Made by a program: the position numbers and the translations under genes | NCBI GenBank assembly: GCA_031376505.1 | Contig: JANMDX010000018.1 | Location: 24,214 to 88,213 of the forward strand | Reading direction: 5' to 3' | From: Acidobacteriota bacterium | Lineage (GTDB): Bacteria; Acidobacteriota; Vicinamibacteria; Vicinamibacterales; UBA2999 | Length of the DNA: 64,000 nucleotides | In this document: positions 1 through 10,307 of the stretch, piece by piece | Numbering within the stretch: the first letter of the stretch is position 1 | Layout of the letters: each line of letters begins with the position of its first letter | Notes under the pieces: generated by a model | Seen by the model: only the letters and a program-made list of their open reading frames with translations | The model's database searches: none | Told to the model about the DNA's origin: nothing

Positions 1-1
1 C

Positions 2-1141
2 TACAAGTTGCGCGACGGTCGGTGGATTGATCGGCGCAAGGCGCGCGACTCGCACCACTACGTGCTGGGCCTGAACTTTCTTGTGGCCAATCAGATTGAT
101 CTGGCCATCGAGGAGTTGAGCCAAGCGGCCCGCGTGGACGCCGACGCCCTCGAGATCCACCTCATCCTCGGCAACGTCTACCGCGAGCGCGGCCAGGTCT
201 CACGCGCCATCCAGGTGCACCAGTCGCTGCTCCAGCGTCAGAACCTGACGCGCGTCGAGCACGCCTACGTGATGCTGTGTCTGGGCCTCGACTTCAAGCG
301 CGGCGGATTTGTTGACCGGGCGGTCGAGGCCTTCAAGGAAGTGCGCCGGCTCGACCCGTCGAACTCCTATGCGCTGCTGCATCTGGAGAAGGTCTATGAA
401 GAGCAGCGCCAGTGGGACGAGGCCGCACGCGTTCGACAGGAACTGGTCGCAATGGCCGGGCCAGAGTCGCCCGCGAAGAGTCAATCGATCTTGGCCTTTC
501 TCGAGAACGAGCGCGGCCTGGCGGCGTTGAAGGCAGGCGACATCACCGCAGCGCTGGCTCGTTTCGCCGCTGCGCTCGACCTCGATGCGGCGGTCACACC
601 CGCCTCGGTCAATCTGGGGGATGCGCTCGAACGGCAGGGCCGGCCCGCTGAGGCAATTGGGATCTGGGAGGGCGTGATGGACAGCACTCCCGACCGCGCC
701 CATCTGGTGCTCGAACGGCTCCGCGCCGGCTACACCGCGGCGGGGCAGCCGGAACGCTTTCTGGCCTTGTGCCGGCGGGTAGCCGCCACGCATCCGGACA
801 ATTGGCGTGCCCGGCTGGCACTGGGACGCGCCCTGGCCGATAGCGGCGAGTCTGGTCAGGCCCTGGATCAACTTCTCGAGGCGCTCAGCCACAATCCTCA
901 CGGCCTCACCGTGCACGAAGCGATCTGGGATCTACTGCTGCACATGGCCCTCGACCGCGGGTCGGTCGAACGCTACGTCCGGCACGCCAAGGCCGCCGTC
1001 TTCTATCTCGATCCGCATGTGTGTCTGCGCTGCCACTATCGCAGTACGGAGTTGCTCTGGCAGTGTCCTCACTGCCACGAATGGAACAGCTTTGTCGAGG
1101 AGCGTATCGGGCCGGTCACCCGCGACTCGACCGACCTCTGA
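2..1141 (+). CDS. lapB: Lipopolysaccharide assembly protein B (LapB/YciM), 5'-partial
   Basis: TPR repeats are followed by a C-terminal rubredoxin-like CxxC..CxxC motif (CLRCHYRSTELLWQCPHCHEW), typical of LapB. The frame is open to the window edge, so the N-terminal membrane anchor is missing. Confidence 0.8.
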   Translation, partial: YKLRDGRWIDRRKARDSHHYVLGLNFLVANQIDLAIEELSQAARVDADALEIHLILGNVYRERGQVSRAIQVHQSLLQRQNLTRVEHAYVMLCLGLDFKRGGFVDRAVEAFKEVRRLDPSNSYALLHLEKVYEEQRQWDEAARVRQELVAMAGPESPAKSQSILAFLENERGLAALKAGDITAALARFAAALDLDAAVTPASVNLGDALERQGRPAEAIGIWEGVMDSTPDRAHLVLERLRAGYTAAGQPERFLALCRRVAATHPDNWRARLALGRALADSGESGQALDQLLEALSHNPHGLTVHEAIWDLLLHMALDRGSVERYVRHAKAAVFYLDPHVCLRCHYRSTELLWQCPHCHEWNSFVEERIGPVTRDSTDL

Positions 1142-1718
1142 TCCATCCGGCCAGCCACTGAGCCTGGGAGCGCGTGGCCGCGATGGGCCCCTCCGTGACG
1201 ATGACCGCATCGGCCAGCCGCGCTTTGTCTTCGATGGGCCACTGAGCGGCGAGCCGCTGATCCGCGGCAGCTTCCGTGAGCCCGTCGCGCAGGACCAGAC
1301 GAGCCCGCTGGGTCGAGGCCCGGCACGCGGTCACGACCGCCCCGTCGAACGCGCTGACCCACCCAGTCTCGTACAGCAACGGCACCTCCGCCACCCCGGT
1401 CACGCCCGGAGGCAGCCGCGCGAAGAAGGCTTCGATCCCAGCCCGTACGAGCGGATGCAGAAGGGCCTCCAACTCCCGACGCGCCACCACGTCCGCAAAC
1501 ACGACGCGCCCGAGAGCCGGCCGGTCGAGCTGACCGTCCGGCAGCAGCACGCCGTGTCCGAACCGGCCGACGACCGCCGCGAGCCCGGGCGTACCCGGGC
1601 GCACCACCTCGCGCGCCAGCTGGTCGGCTTCGACGGTCGGCACCCCTGCGGTCCGGAGCGCGTGCGCCACGACGCTCTTGCCCGTTGCGATGCCGCCGGT
1701 CAGGGCGATGCGAACCAC
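1116..1718 (-). CDS. coaE: Dephospho-CoA kinase
   Basis: N-terminal P-loop ALTGGIATGKS and CoaE-like length (200 aa) and layout. Its 3' end overlaps the lapB 3' end convergently by 26 nt. Confidence 0.88.
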   Translation of the reverse strand: MVRIALTGGIATGKSVVAHALRTAGVPTVEADQLAREVVRPGTPGLAAVVGRFGHGVLLPDGQLDRPALGRVVFADVVARRELEALLHPLVRAGIEAFFARLPPGVTGVAEVPLLYETGWVSAFDGAVVTACRASTQRARLVLRDGLTEAAADQRLAAQWPIEDKARLADAVIVTEGPIAATRSQAQWLAGWIRGRSSRG

Positions 1719-1724
1719 GGGTCC

Positions 1725-2663
1725 TCAGTTCGACGCGAGGCCGGCGCGCCGCTCGGCGGCGACCACCGTGTTGCGCAGCAGCATGGCGATCGTCAACGGA
1801 CCCACGCCACCGGGCACGGGTGTGATGGCGCCGGCCACCTGCTCCACGTCTGGATGCACGTCGCCCATGACCAGACTCCCCTTCGCCTCGAACTGGGCGC
1901 GACGGGCATGACCCTCGGGATACCACTGCGCCACGAGCGACGGGTCGGTGACTCGATTGATGCCCACATCGACTACGGTGGCCCCCGGCTTTACGAACGC
2001 CGGGGTGAGGTAGGCCGCGCGGCCCACGGCGGCGACGAGGACGTCGGCCTCGCGCGCCAGCGTCGCCACATCGGGAGTCCGCGAGTGGCACACCGTCACT
2101 GTCGCATCCTGGTGCAACAGGAGCAGCGCCATCGGCTTGCCCACGATGTCACTGCGGCCGATCACCACCGCCCGCTTCCCCGCCAGCCGGATGCACTCGC
2201 GCGCCAGCAGCTCCATGACACCGAGCGGCGTGCATGCCACCAGGACGGCGCGCTTCTGGACGAGCAGGCCGATGTTCTGGGGATGGAAGCCGTCGACGTC
2301 CTTCTCGGGGAGCAGCGCATCGAATACCCGCTGCTCCGCGCCGCGGCCCCTGGCCGCCGGCAGGGGCGACTGTACAAGAATCCCGTCGAATGCGTCGTCG
2401 CCGTTGAGCCGGGCCACGACGGCCAGCACCTCGGCGAGTGGGGCGGCCGCATCGACCCGAAACAGCTCCGCACGGCAGCCCGCGTCAGCGGCTGTCCGCA
2501 GTTTGTTCCGGACGTAGATCTCCGACGCGGGGTCGCCGCCCGCGAGCACGATGCCGAGCCCGGGCGCCCGGCCGCGCGCAGTGGTGAACCGGGCGATCCG
2601 CGGCACCAACTCGCCTCGGATCACTGCAGCCGTCGCCATGCCGTCGAGCCTGCGGGCGCTCAC
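1725..2663 (-). CDS. folD: Bifunctional methylenetetrahydrofolate dehydrogenase/methenyl-THF cyclohydrolase
   Basis: Full-length FolD-like sequence (VIGRSDIVGKPMALLL, PVPGGVGPLTIAMLL). Confidence 0.95.
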   Translation of the reverse strand: MSARRLDGMATAAVIRGELVPRIARFTTARGRAPGLGIVLAGGDPASEIYVRNKLRTAADAGCRAELFRVDAAAPLAEVLAVVARLNGDDAFDGILVQSPLPAARGRGAEQRVFDALLPEKDVDGFHPQNIGLLVQKRAVLVACTPLGVMELLARECIRLAGKRAVVIGRSDIVGKPMALLLLHQDATVTVCHSRTPDVATLAREADVLVAAVGRAAYLTPAFVKPGATVVDVGINRVTDPSLVAQWYPEGHARRAQFEAKGSLVMGDVHPDVEQVAGAITPVPGGVGPLTIAMLLRNTVVAAERRAGLASN

Positions 2664-3706
2664 GAGCGTCCTTTGTCGAGCAACGGCGGGCGGGCCTCGG
2701 CGTCGAGCTCGCGCAGTTTCTCGGTGCTGCCGAGCAGCACGAGCTGGTCGCCACCGTGCAACGTCGCCTCGGGCGACGGATTGAACTCCATGTGCCCTTC
2801 CCGCCGGCGGATCGCGACCACGATGACGCCGTACCGCTGTCGCAGCTCAGCCTCGCGAATCGTCTTGCCTACGAGCGTGGCGTGCGCGGCCAGCTCGATT
2901 TGTTCGGCCGACAGATCGAGATGTTCCGAACTCGTGGCCAGGCGCATGAAGTCGACGACCGCCGGCCGAAGTGCCGTGTGCGCCATCTGAATCGCCCCGA
3001 GGGTATAGGGCGAGATCACGCGGTCGGCACCCGCGCGCTTCAGCTTTGGTTCGGCGTCGTCGGATTCCACGCGCGCAATGATGAACAGGTCCGGCCGCAG
3101 CACACGCGCGGTCAGCACGGTGTACACGTTCTCGGCGTCGGTGGACACCGCGGCAATCAGTCCGCGGGCACGGTCGAGACCCACCCGCTTCAATACTTCC
3201 TCGCGGCTGGCATCGGCTTCCACCGCCAATCCGCCGCCAGCGATGATCGCGTGGACCTTGTCGGGGTCCCGGTCGATCACCACACACGGCACGCCTTGAC
3301 GGCGAAACTCGTCGGCAATCGTGGAGCCGATGCGCCCGTAGCCGCAGATGATGAAGTGGTTGTCCAATGCGTCGAGCATACGTTTGAAGCGGCGCTGTTC
3401 GAAGCCCCGGTGCAACCCTCCGTCCACGATCAGCGCCATCAGCACGAAGGCGGTGTAGTACAAAGTGGCGACGCCGCCGAGCAGCACGAACGCCGTCCAT
3501 CCTTCTCCGGCGCGGCTCAGCGGATGCGGGTAGCCGTAGCCGACGGTCGTCACCGTGATGAGCGTCATGAACGCGGAGTCCCACAGGCTCCAGCCTTCAA
3601 TCGCCGCATACCCGGCCGTGCCCGCCGCAAACACCGCGGCGAAGAGGACCACGCCGAGACCCGGCCCCCGGGCCCACGACAGTGGCGTTGACGACGTGGT
3701 GTTCAC
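2660..3706 (-). CDS. Potassium channel protein with RCK (TrkA-N/TrkA-C) domains
   Basis: Two TM helices flank a pore loop with the TVGYG selectivity filter. A Rossmann-type IICGYGRIGS (TrkA-N) and a TrkA-C-like C-terminus follow. There is a 4-nt overlap with folD. Confidence 0.85.
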   Translation of the reverse strand: MNTTSSTPLSWARGPGLGVVLFAAVFAAGTAGYAAIEGWSLWDSAFMTLITVTTVGYGYPHPLSRAGEGWTAFVLLGGVATLYYTAFVLMALIVDGGLHRGFEQRRFKRMLDALDNHFIICGYGRIGSTIADEFRRQGVPCVVIDRDPDKVHAIIAGGGLAVEADASREEVLKRVGLDRARGLIAAVSTDAENVYTVLTARVLRPDLFIIARVESDDAEPKLKRAGADRVISPYTLGAIQMAHTALRPAVVDFMRLATSSEHLDLSAEQIELAAHATLVGKTIREAELRQRYGVIVVAIRRREGHMEFNPSPEATLHGGDQLVLLGSTEKLRELDAEARPPLLDKGRS

Positions 3707-3745
3707 CGCAGACGTCCCTGCCTTCGATGGCTTGACGGGCCGGCC

Positions 3746-5446
3746 TTACTTCGAGGCTGAGGCCTTTCGCAGGCCGAAGCCCGCGGCCAACAGCACCAGT
3801 GACACCCCCAACCACTTCAGGCCAAATGCGTCTGCGACTTCGGCGGTCACTCCGATCTCATGCCACTTGGCAATGGTCTCGGTTGTGAGCCCCAGTTCGG
3901 TCATGTAGGCCAGCACGGTGATGCAGGCGGTGTTGAAGACGGCGAGTGAACCGGCCATGAACACGAAGTTCGCAACGCTCTCGAACGCGGAACGGCTGGA
4001 GGATTCGCGCGCGTCCACGAGCGGACTGTGGGTGCGGCCGTAGAACCAGTAGATGAGCATGCCGAGGTCGAGCCACACGAGGAAGCGAACCCAGGTCAGG
4101 ATGGGGAGATTCAGCATCAGATAGACGCAGGACAGAATCCCGAGCACGGGGAACACCGGCCCGAACGGCACGCGGAACGGTCGGTGCACTTCAGGGCGGC
4201 TGACGCGCAGAATCAGCACCGCGCCGCACACGATCGCAAACGCGAACAGCGTGCCGATCGAGGTCATCTCGCCCACGGTCTGAATCTGCGTGACGCCCGC
4301 CACGAGCGCCACGACGATGCAGGTGATGATCGTCGTGATGTAGGGCGTGCCGAACTTCGGGTGCACCTTGCTCACGCCCTGTGGCAGCAGGCCGTCGCGG
4401 CTCATCGCGAAGAAAATCCGTGGCTGGCTCATCAGCATCACGAGCAGCACCGACGTGATGCCGGCGACCGCTCCGGCCGAGACCAGATAGGCGGCCCAGT
4501 CCTGGCCGATGAGGCTGAGCGCGAAGGCGACCGGCGCATTGAGGAACGCCTGGTCGGCCTTGTAGGCCACCACCGGCACGATGCCTGTGAGCACCGCGGC
4601 CACGACCAGATAGAGCGTCGTGCAGACGACGAGCGACGCGATGATGCCGATCGGCAGATCCCGCTGCGGATTCTTGGCCTCTTCGGCCGTGGTCGACACG
4701 GCATCGAAGCCGATGTAGGCGAAGAACACGACGCCGGCTGCGCCCATCACGCCCGACCAGCCATACGGCGTGAAGGGGTCCCAGTTCTCGGGCTTCACAT
4801 ACACCGCGCCGGCACCGATGAAGAACACCACGGCCGCCAGCTTGATCCCCACCATGACGGCGTTGAAGCGCGCGCTCTCACGAATGCCCACGACCAGCAG
4901 ATACATGATGCATAGAACGATGATCACGGCCGGCAGGTTGACGACCGTCCCGGGGCTGGATGCGCTCGGCGCTGCCGACATCCACAACGGCAGCGTGATC
5001 CCTGCGCCCGAGAGCAGCTTCTGCATATAGCCGCTCCACCCGATGGCCACGGTCATCGAGCCCACGGCGTACTCGAGAATCAGATCCCAGCCGATGATCC
5101 ACGCGAACAACTCCCCCATCGTGGCGTAGGCGTAGGTGTAGGCGCTGCCGGCAATCGGGATCATCGAGGCGAATTCCGCATAGCAGAGCGCCGCGAATCC
5201 GCAGGCGAGACCGGCAAACAGGTAGGACATCATGATGGCCGGGCCGGCCTGGTTGGCCGCCGCCGTTCCCGTCAGGACGAAGATCCCGGTGCCGATGATG
5301 GCGCCGATTCCGAGCAGCGTCAGATCCCACGCCGTCAGGCTGCGCCTGAGAGCCTTGCTGCCGTGTTCGACGTCGCCGACGAGTTGCTCGATGGACTTCG
5401 TCTTGAGCAGGTTCGAATCCATGCAGCCTCCATTTGGAGCGACCAT
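3746..5446 (-). CDS. Amino acid permease (APC superfamily, cationic amino acid transporter-like)
   Basis: 566-aa polytopic membrane protein with an APC/CAT-type N-terminal region (LTAWDLTLLGIGAIIGTGIFVLTG). An alternative start is M9 (5422). Confidence 0.85.
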   Translation of the reverse strand: MVAPNGGCMDSNLLKTKSIEQLVGDVEHGSKALRRSLTAWDLTLLGIGAIIGTGIFVLTGTAAANQAGPAIMMSYLFAGLACGFAALCYAEFASMIPIAGSAYTYAYATMGELFAWIIGWDLILEYAVGSMTVAIGWSGYMQKLLSGAGITLPLWMSAAPSASSPGTVVNLPAVIIVLCIMYLLVVGIRESARFNAVMVGIKLAAVVFFIGAGAVYVKPENWDPFTPYGWSGVMGAAGVVFFAYIGFDAVSTTAEEAKNPQRDLPIGIIASLVVCTTLYLVVAAVLTGIVPVVAYKADQAFLNAPVAFALSLIGQDWAAYLVSAGAVAGITSVLLVMLMSQPRIFFAMSRDGLLPQGVSKVHPKFGTPYITTIITCIVVALVAGVTQIQTVGEMTSIGTLFAFAIVCGAVLILRVSRPEVHRPFRVPFGPVFPVLGILSCVYLMLNLPILTWVRFLVWLDLGMLIYWFYGRTHSPLVDARESSSRSAFESVANFVFMAGSLAVFNTACITVLAYMTELGLTTETIAKWHEIGVTAEVADAFGLKWLGVSLVLLAAGFGLRKASASK

Positions 5447-5485
5447 CGCCGCATCAGACGCGGAACGGGCCCAAAGCCGGGGGAA

Positions 5486-6127
5486 TTATACAGGGTGTGC
5501 GTCGTTGAGGACCGACAGAAACCGGCGAACCCGGTCTTCCGGGGCCTCTGGGCCAACCAGTAGGTCCGAGATCACAGCCACACTCGCCGCGCCCGCACGA
5601 CGCACGGCCGCCGCCGTCGCCACCGTGATTCCGCCGATGGCCACGAGCGGTACACCGGCGCGCGCGAGCGCCGCCGCTGCATCCGCCACACCCGCCAAGC
5701 CCACGACGGGGTCCGGGGCGGCCTTGGTCGCAGTGGCGAAGACCGGTCCGTAGGCCACATAGTTGACGGGAAGGCTGAGGGCGAGCGCCAGCTGCGCAGG
5801 CGTATGCGTCGACAGCCCAACCACTGCCTCGTGACCGAGCAGGGCGCGCGCCTCAGCCGCAGGCAGGTCGTCCTGCCCCAGGTGCACGCCCAGGCCGGCG
5901 ACGCGGGCCACGTCGGCGCGGTCGTTCACGATGAGCGTGGCGCCGGCGGCGCGCGCCGCCACCGCGATCTCTTCGACGAGGTGCAGGAAGGCGCCGCTTG
6001 GGAGGAGCTTCGCCCGCACCTGAAGCAGCCTGGCGCCTCCAGCGAGATAGGCACGGGCAACCGCGGTCGGCGCTATGCCTGCGCGCGTGCAGGTATCCAC
6101 GTCGACAATGGCGTAGAGCGGCGACAT
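5486..6127 (-). CDS. thiE: Thiamine-phosphate synthase
   Basis: ThiE layout: LLQVRAK, LIVNDRADVA, GVHLGQDD, GLSTHT, PLVAIGGI. Confidence 0.85.
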   Translation of the reverse strand: MSPLYAIVDVDTCTRAGIAPTAVARAYLAGGARLLQVRAKLLPSGAFLHLVEEIAVAARAAGATLIVNDRADVARVAGLGVHLGQDDLPAAEARALLGHEAVVGLSTHTPAQLALALSLPVNYVAYGPVFATATKAAPDPVVGLAGVADAAAALARAGVPLVAIGGITVATAAAVRRAGAASVAVISDLLVGPEAPEDRVRRFLSVLNDAHPV

Positions 6128-6147
6128 CGCTCGTCGCGGAGACTGCG

Positions 6148-7518
6148 TCAGGCGGAGGCCGCGAGCGAAGAAGCCTTGGCAGGAGGCATGAACCGCTCCA
6201 TGAAATGGGTGTGGATCCGCCCGGCCACGAAGTCCGGATCGCTGAGGATCTTGAGATGCAGCGGGATGCTGGTCTTGATGCCCTCAATCACCGTCATCCC
6301 GAGGACACGCTTCATGCGGGCAATCGACTCGGCGCGATCACGGCCGTGGACGATGACCTTGGCAATCATCGAGTCGTAGTACGGCGTAATCGTACACTCG
6401 GCGTGGGCAGCCGTGTCGACCCGCACGCCAGGTCCGCCGGGAATCGAGAAGGCGTGAATCACGCCCGGCGACGGCACGAACGTCTCGGGATCCTCGGCGT
6501 TGACCCGGCACTCGAGCGAATGCCCCGTGAAGGTCACGTCGCTCTGGCGGACCGACAGGCGTTCCCCGGCCGCGATCCGGATCTGCTCCTTCACGATGTC
6601 GAGTCCCGTCACGAACTCCGTCACCGGGTGCTCGACCTGCACACGGGTGTTTACTTCCATGAAGTAGAAGTGGCCTTTCTCGTCCATCAGGAACTCGAAG
6701 GTTCCGGCATTGGTGTATTGCACCGCGAGCGCCGCATCGGCCACGAGTGCGCCCATCTTGCGGCGGATCTTGTCGGTGATGACCGGCGACGGCGACTCCT
6801 CAATGAGCTTCTGGTGCCGCCGCTGGATCGAGCACTCACGCTCGCCCAGGTGGATCACCGAGCCGTGGTGGTCGCCGAGGATTTGAAATTCGATATGGCG
6901 CGGCGAGTCGAGATAGCGCTCGATGTAGACATCGCCGAGTCCGAAGGCCGCTTCCGCCTCGCGCTGTGCCGTGCGCAGCGCATGCGGCAGCTCGGCCGGC
7001 GTTTTCACGACGCGCATCCCGCGCCCGCCGCCACCAGCGACGGCTTTCACGATCACCGGATAGCCGATGTCCTTGGCCAGCTGCACGGCGTGGTCTTCGC
7101 TCTCGACCGGCCCATCGCTGCCCGGCAGCATGGGCAGACCGGCCTTCTTCATCGCGCGGCGCGCCTTCGACTTGTCGCCGAGCAGGCGGATGACATGCGG
7201 GTCTGGCCCGATGAAGCGGATGTGGCAGGCCTCGCACACTTCCGCCAAGTAGGCACTCTCGGACAGAAAGCCGTAGCCCGGATGGATCGCATCGGCGCCG
7301 GTTATCTCGGCGGCGCTGATGATCGCCGGGACGTTCAGATAGCTGTCGGCGCTGCGCGCGCCGCCGATGCAGATGTCTTCATCGGCAAACCGCACGTGCA
7401 AGGAGTTCTCGTCGGCCTCGGAGTACACGGCCACCGTCTTGATGCCGAGTTCACGGCACGCAAAGATGATCCGCAGGGCGATCTCACCACGATTTGCAAC
7501 CAGGATCTTCTTGAACAT
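6148..7518 (-). CDS. accC: Acetyl-CoA carboxylase, biotin carboxylase subunit
   Basis: Full-length AccC similarity ([20 protein letters not shown]-grasp, EMNTR-like [15 protein letters not shown]). Confidence 0.97.
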   Translation of the reverse strand: MFKKILVANRGEIALRIIFACRELGIKTVAVYSEADENSLHVRFADEDICIGGARSADSYLNVPAIISAAEITGADAIHPGYGFLSESAYLAEVCEACHIRFIGPDPHVIRLLGDKSKARRAMKKAGLPMLPGSDGPVESEDHAVQLAKDIGYPVIVKAVAGGGGRGMRVVKTPAELPHALRTAQREAEAAFGLGDVYIERYLDSPRHIEFQILGDHHGSVIHLGERECSIQRRHQKLIEESPSPVITDKIRRKMGALVADAALAVQYTNAGTFEFLMDEKGHFYFMEVNTRVQVEHPVTEFVTGLDIVKEQIRIAAGERLSVRQSDVTFTGHSLECRVNAEDPETFVPSPGVIHAFSIPGGPGVRVDTAAHAECTITPYYDSMIAKVIVHGRDRAESIARMKRVLGMTVIEGIKTSIPLHLKILSDPDFVAGRIHTHFMERFMPPAKASSLAASA

Positions 7519-7525
7519 GAGGGGC

Positions 7526-7981
7526 TCAGGCGCGCAGGCGGATGGCGAAGATTCGCTCGCCGTACTGCACCGGTTGACCGTTCTCGACGTAGACGTTCAC
7601 GACCTCCCCGTCGTACTCGGAGTCAATCTCGTTCATGAGCTTCATCGCCTCGATGATGCAGAGCACTTGGCCCTTCTTCACCTGGTCCCCGACGCTGGCG
7701 AGCGCCGTGGCACCGGGTTCCGCCGCCCGGTAGAAGGTGCCGACAATCGGCGACTTCACGATGGCCAGCTCGGCGCCGGCCTCGACCGGGGCTGCGGCCA
7801 GCGGGGCCGGTGAAACGGCAGGGCTCGCGGCGACGGGCGCCGGCATGTGCATGACTTGAGTGACCACGTGTGGACCGCCGCGTTTGACGCGCAGCTTGAA
7901 GGAGCCTTCCTCGAACTCGAACTCAGCCAGGTCGTGCGTCTGGACCAGGTCGAGCAGTTGCTTGATGTCTTCAGGATTCAT
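7526..7981 (-). CDS. accB: Acetyl-CoA carboxylase, biotin carboxyl carrier protein
   Basis: C-terminal biotinyl domain with EAMKLMNEI and an Ala/Pro linker. The start was chosen at [10 protein letters not shown] (ATG 7981), just after the pepP stop, rather than the longer track ORF. Confidence 0.9.
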   Translation of the reverse strand: MNPEDIKQLLDLVQTHDLAEFEFEEGSFKLRVKRGGPHVVTQVMHMPAPVAASPAVSPAPLAAAPVEAGAELAIVKSPIVGTFYRAAEPGATALASVGDQVKKGQVLCIIEAMKLMNEIDSEYDGEVVNVYVENGQPVQYGERIFAIRLRA

Positions 7982-9092
7982 GGGCCTCAAAACCCGGAAC
8001 GGCGCCGGTAAGGCGCTCGACTCCAGCTGCTGTAACAATCACGTCGTCTTCGATTCTGACTCCGCCGTGCCCAGGGACGTAGACGCCCGGTTCGACGGTG
8101 AACACCATTCCAGCGGCAACCGGCCCGGTGGCATCGCCCCTCGGCCCAATCACCGGTCGCTCGTGCACTTCGAGGCCCAGGCCATGCCCCGTGCTGTGGA
8201 CGAACCGTTCCCCCAGCCCCACCTGCTGCAGGTAGTCACGGGCGGCCGCGTCAATGCGTGACGGCAACACGCCCGGTGCGATCGCCTCAATGGCGACGCG
8301 CTGCGAAGTGGCGACCGCCGCCAGCCATTGCCGGCGGTCGCGCGATACGGTTCCGACCGCGACCGTGCGGGTCATGTCGACGGCATACCCCTCGAGGACC
8401 CCTCCGAAGTCGACCACCACCAGGTCGCCGGCGTCGATACGCCGGTCACTAGCCCGGTGATGAGGACGGGCGCCGTTGGCACCCGACGCCACAATGGTCT
8501 CGAACGCCGGCCGTTCGAAGCCGCCCACGCGGAGGGCGACATCGATGTCCCAGGCAACCTCACGTTCGGGCCGCCCGGCCAAGACCTTGGGCAGTATACA
8601 CGCGGCCACTGCAGTCAACCGAGCCCCCGCTTCGCGGAATATGGCCTGTTCCCACGGGTCCTTGACCATGCGAAGCAGCTCAACCATGCCGTCGGTCTCG
8701 ACCAGCTCGGCGCCGTGGGATCCAAGATGGCGGCGGATCGCACTGGCACGGCTCAAGGTCAAGGCGTCGGCTTCGACGCCAACGGCATGCAGGCCCAGTT
8801 CAGCGACGATGGCTCCGAGGCGCTCTTCGTAGCTCGAACCGACCGCGACGGCCACCACCGACACCTCGGGCAGGCCGGCGACGGCGTGCGTGAACGCCTC
8901 GCAGTACCGCTCGTCGGCCAGCAGCCTGACGCGGTCTCGCGTGATCACGGCAAGCCCGGCCGACGCGATCACACCGAACAGGTAGCGGAGATTTGGAAGA
9001 TGCGACACGACCAAGGCGTCGACGGGCGACTGCCCAACCGCAGACGCCAGACGGGCCAGGCGAGACCGACGCAGTTCGACTGGCGCTGACAT
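7971..9092 (-). CDS. Xaa-Pro aminopeptidase / M24 family metallopeptidase
   Basis: Creatinase-like N-domain plus an M24 pita-bread domain (DFGGVLEGYAVDMTRT, HSTGHGLGLEVHE, VFTVEPGVY). Confidence 0.85.
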   Translation of the reverse strand: MSAPVELRRSRLARLASAVGQSPVDALVVSHLPNLRYLFGVIASAGLAVITRDRVRLLADERYCEAFTHAVAGLPEVSVVAVAVGSSYEERLGAIVAELGLHAVGVEADALTLSRASAIRRHLGSHGAELVETDGMVELLRMVKDPWEQAIFREAGARLTAVAACILPKVLAGRPEREVAWDIDVALRVGGFERPAFETIVASGANGARPHHRASDRRIDAGDLVVVDFGGVLEGYAVDMTRTVAVGTVSRDRRQWLAAVATSQRVAIEAIAPGVLPSRIDAAARDYLQQVGLGERFVHSTGHGLGLEVHERPVIGPRGDATGPVAAGMVFTVEPGVYVPGHGGVRIEDDVIVTAAGVERLTGAVPGFEAHES

Positions 9093-9115
9093 GCAGGGGC
9101 CACCTGAACGGTGGG

Positions 9116-10297
9116 CTATTGGCTGGTGCGGTCTTGCAGCGTCGTCAGCCAGCCCTCGAGCTCGTCGAGCACGCCTTCGGCGGACGGTGCGGCGGACGGA
9201 TCCAATCGCAATGGTTCGACCTCCGGCGTGGCCGCCAGTTGCGGTGCCACCATGGGCTCTGGCACCGGCTCCGGCTCCGACGCCGGCGCGGTCGTCCCGG
9301 CATCGGCTTCGGAGACCTCCACCGCGGCGAGTGCGTCGTGGGCGGAGCTGTCGTGGGTCGCGAACGGGTCGATGACGATTTCACTCAGCTGGGCGAAGGC
9401 ATCTTCGGTACCGGCCTCGGGAGTAGCGAGCACGTTACCGAGCAGAGTGTCGGCTAGCACCTCTTCCACCGAAGGCAGGCTCGCCACGACGGGTGCCACC
9501 GGCAACGCGGGCTGGTCGTCGTCCTCGACGTCTTCCGGCTCTGGCGAAGTCCAGGGCGCCACCTTCGCGGAGGGGCTCTGCGCGTCGTTCGCCCGCAACT
9601 CGGCTTCGAGTGCGGCGAACGGGTCGGGACCAAGGGATACCGTCTCTGGCAGTTCGAGCGACACCGTGGACGGGCGCCCCTCTACTGCCGCCGCTATCTG
9701 CGGCGGCGCGGCAGGCGACCCCAGGGCAGCGACGAGACGATCGAAATCAAACGGCGCCGTGGAGCCTTCGTCAGCATCACGCCCGTGGAGCCCTTTCTGC
9801 GGGGGTATGACCGGCAGGCGTTCGGCCGCCGAAAGCAGCTCCTGGTGGGCCTCCTCAAATGAGAGCCCGCCCCCAGGATCCGTCGTGGCCGCGCCCACCT
9901 GACGCGACAACTGCTGGACGATCTCTTCAATCTCAGGGTCGTGGCGCGCCAAGGCCAACGCGCGCTGATAATAGGTGAGCGCTTCTGCCGTTTCTCCCTC
10001 GCGATGGTAGATCTCCGCAAGACCGCGGACGGCCGCAAGATTCTCCGGCGCTTCGCCGACGACGAATTGCAGCTCGTCGCGCGCCCCAGGAAGCTGTCCA
10101 AGGTCGAGTAGCGCGCGCCCCAGCGTGACCCGCGCCGACAGGTAGCCTGGGTGACGGGTCAGCCCCTCCCGGCACACCCGCACCGCCTCGTCGGTCTGGC
10201 CAGACCGGCGATACTCCTCGGCCAGTTGCGCGAAGGCGATGGACGCCGGATCGTTTTGGACCCGGCGTCGCAGTTCGTCGATACGGGAGGGCGCCAC
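9116..10297 (-). CDS. TPR-repeat protein with long acidic Ala/Pro/Glu-rich C-terminal tail
   Basis: The N-terminal ~130 aa form TPR-like helical repeats. The remainder is low-complexity and acidic. No signal peptide is present. It is co-oriented with, and 10 nt downstream of, the PKD lipoprotein gene. Confidence 0.7.
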   Translation of the reverse strand: MAPSRIDELRRRVQNDPASIAFAQLAEEYRRSGQTDEAVRVCREGLTRHPGYLSARVTLGRALLDLGQLPGARDELQFVVGEAPENLAAVRGLAEIYHREGETAEALTYYQRALALARHDPEIEEIVQQLSRQVGAATTDPGGGLSFEEAHQELLSAAERLPVIPPQKGLHGRDADEGSTAPFDFDRLVAALGSPAAPPQIAAAVEGRPSTVSLELPETVSLGPDPFAALEAELRANDAQSPSAKVAPWTSPEPEDVEDDDQPALPVAPVVASLPSVEEVLADTLLGNVLATPEAGTEDAFAQLSEIVIDPFATHDSSAHDALAAVEVSEADAGTTAPASEPEPVPEPMVAPQLAATPEVEPLRLDPSAAPSAEGVLDELEGWLTTLQDRTSQ

Positions 10298-10307
10298 AGG
10301 GTTGTCT

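Noticed and set aside
807-2990. A 727-aa plus-strand ORF spanning the lapB end, coaE, folD and the K+ channel region.
   Set aside because: It is antisense or out of frame to four well-supported genes. The product is Arg/Pro/Gly/Ala-rich low complexity with no recognisable domain. This is a typical stop-codon-poor shadow ORF of high-GC DNA.
5998-7638. A 546-aa plus-strand ORF opposite accC/accB.
   Set aside because: It is the antisense shadow of a near-perfect AccC gene. Composition is Arg/His/Asp-rich and no motifs are present.
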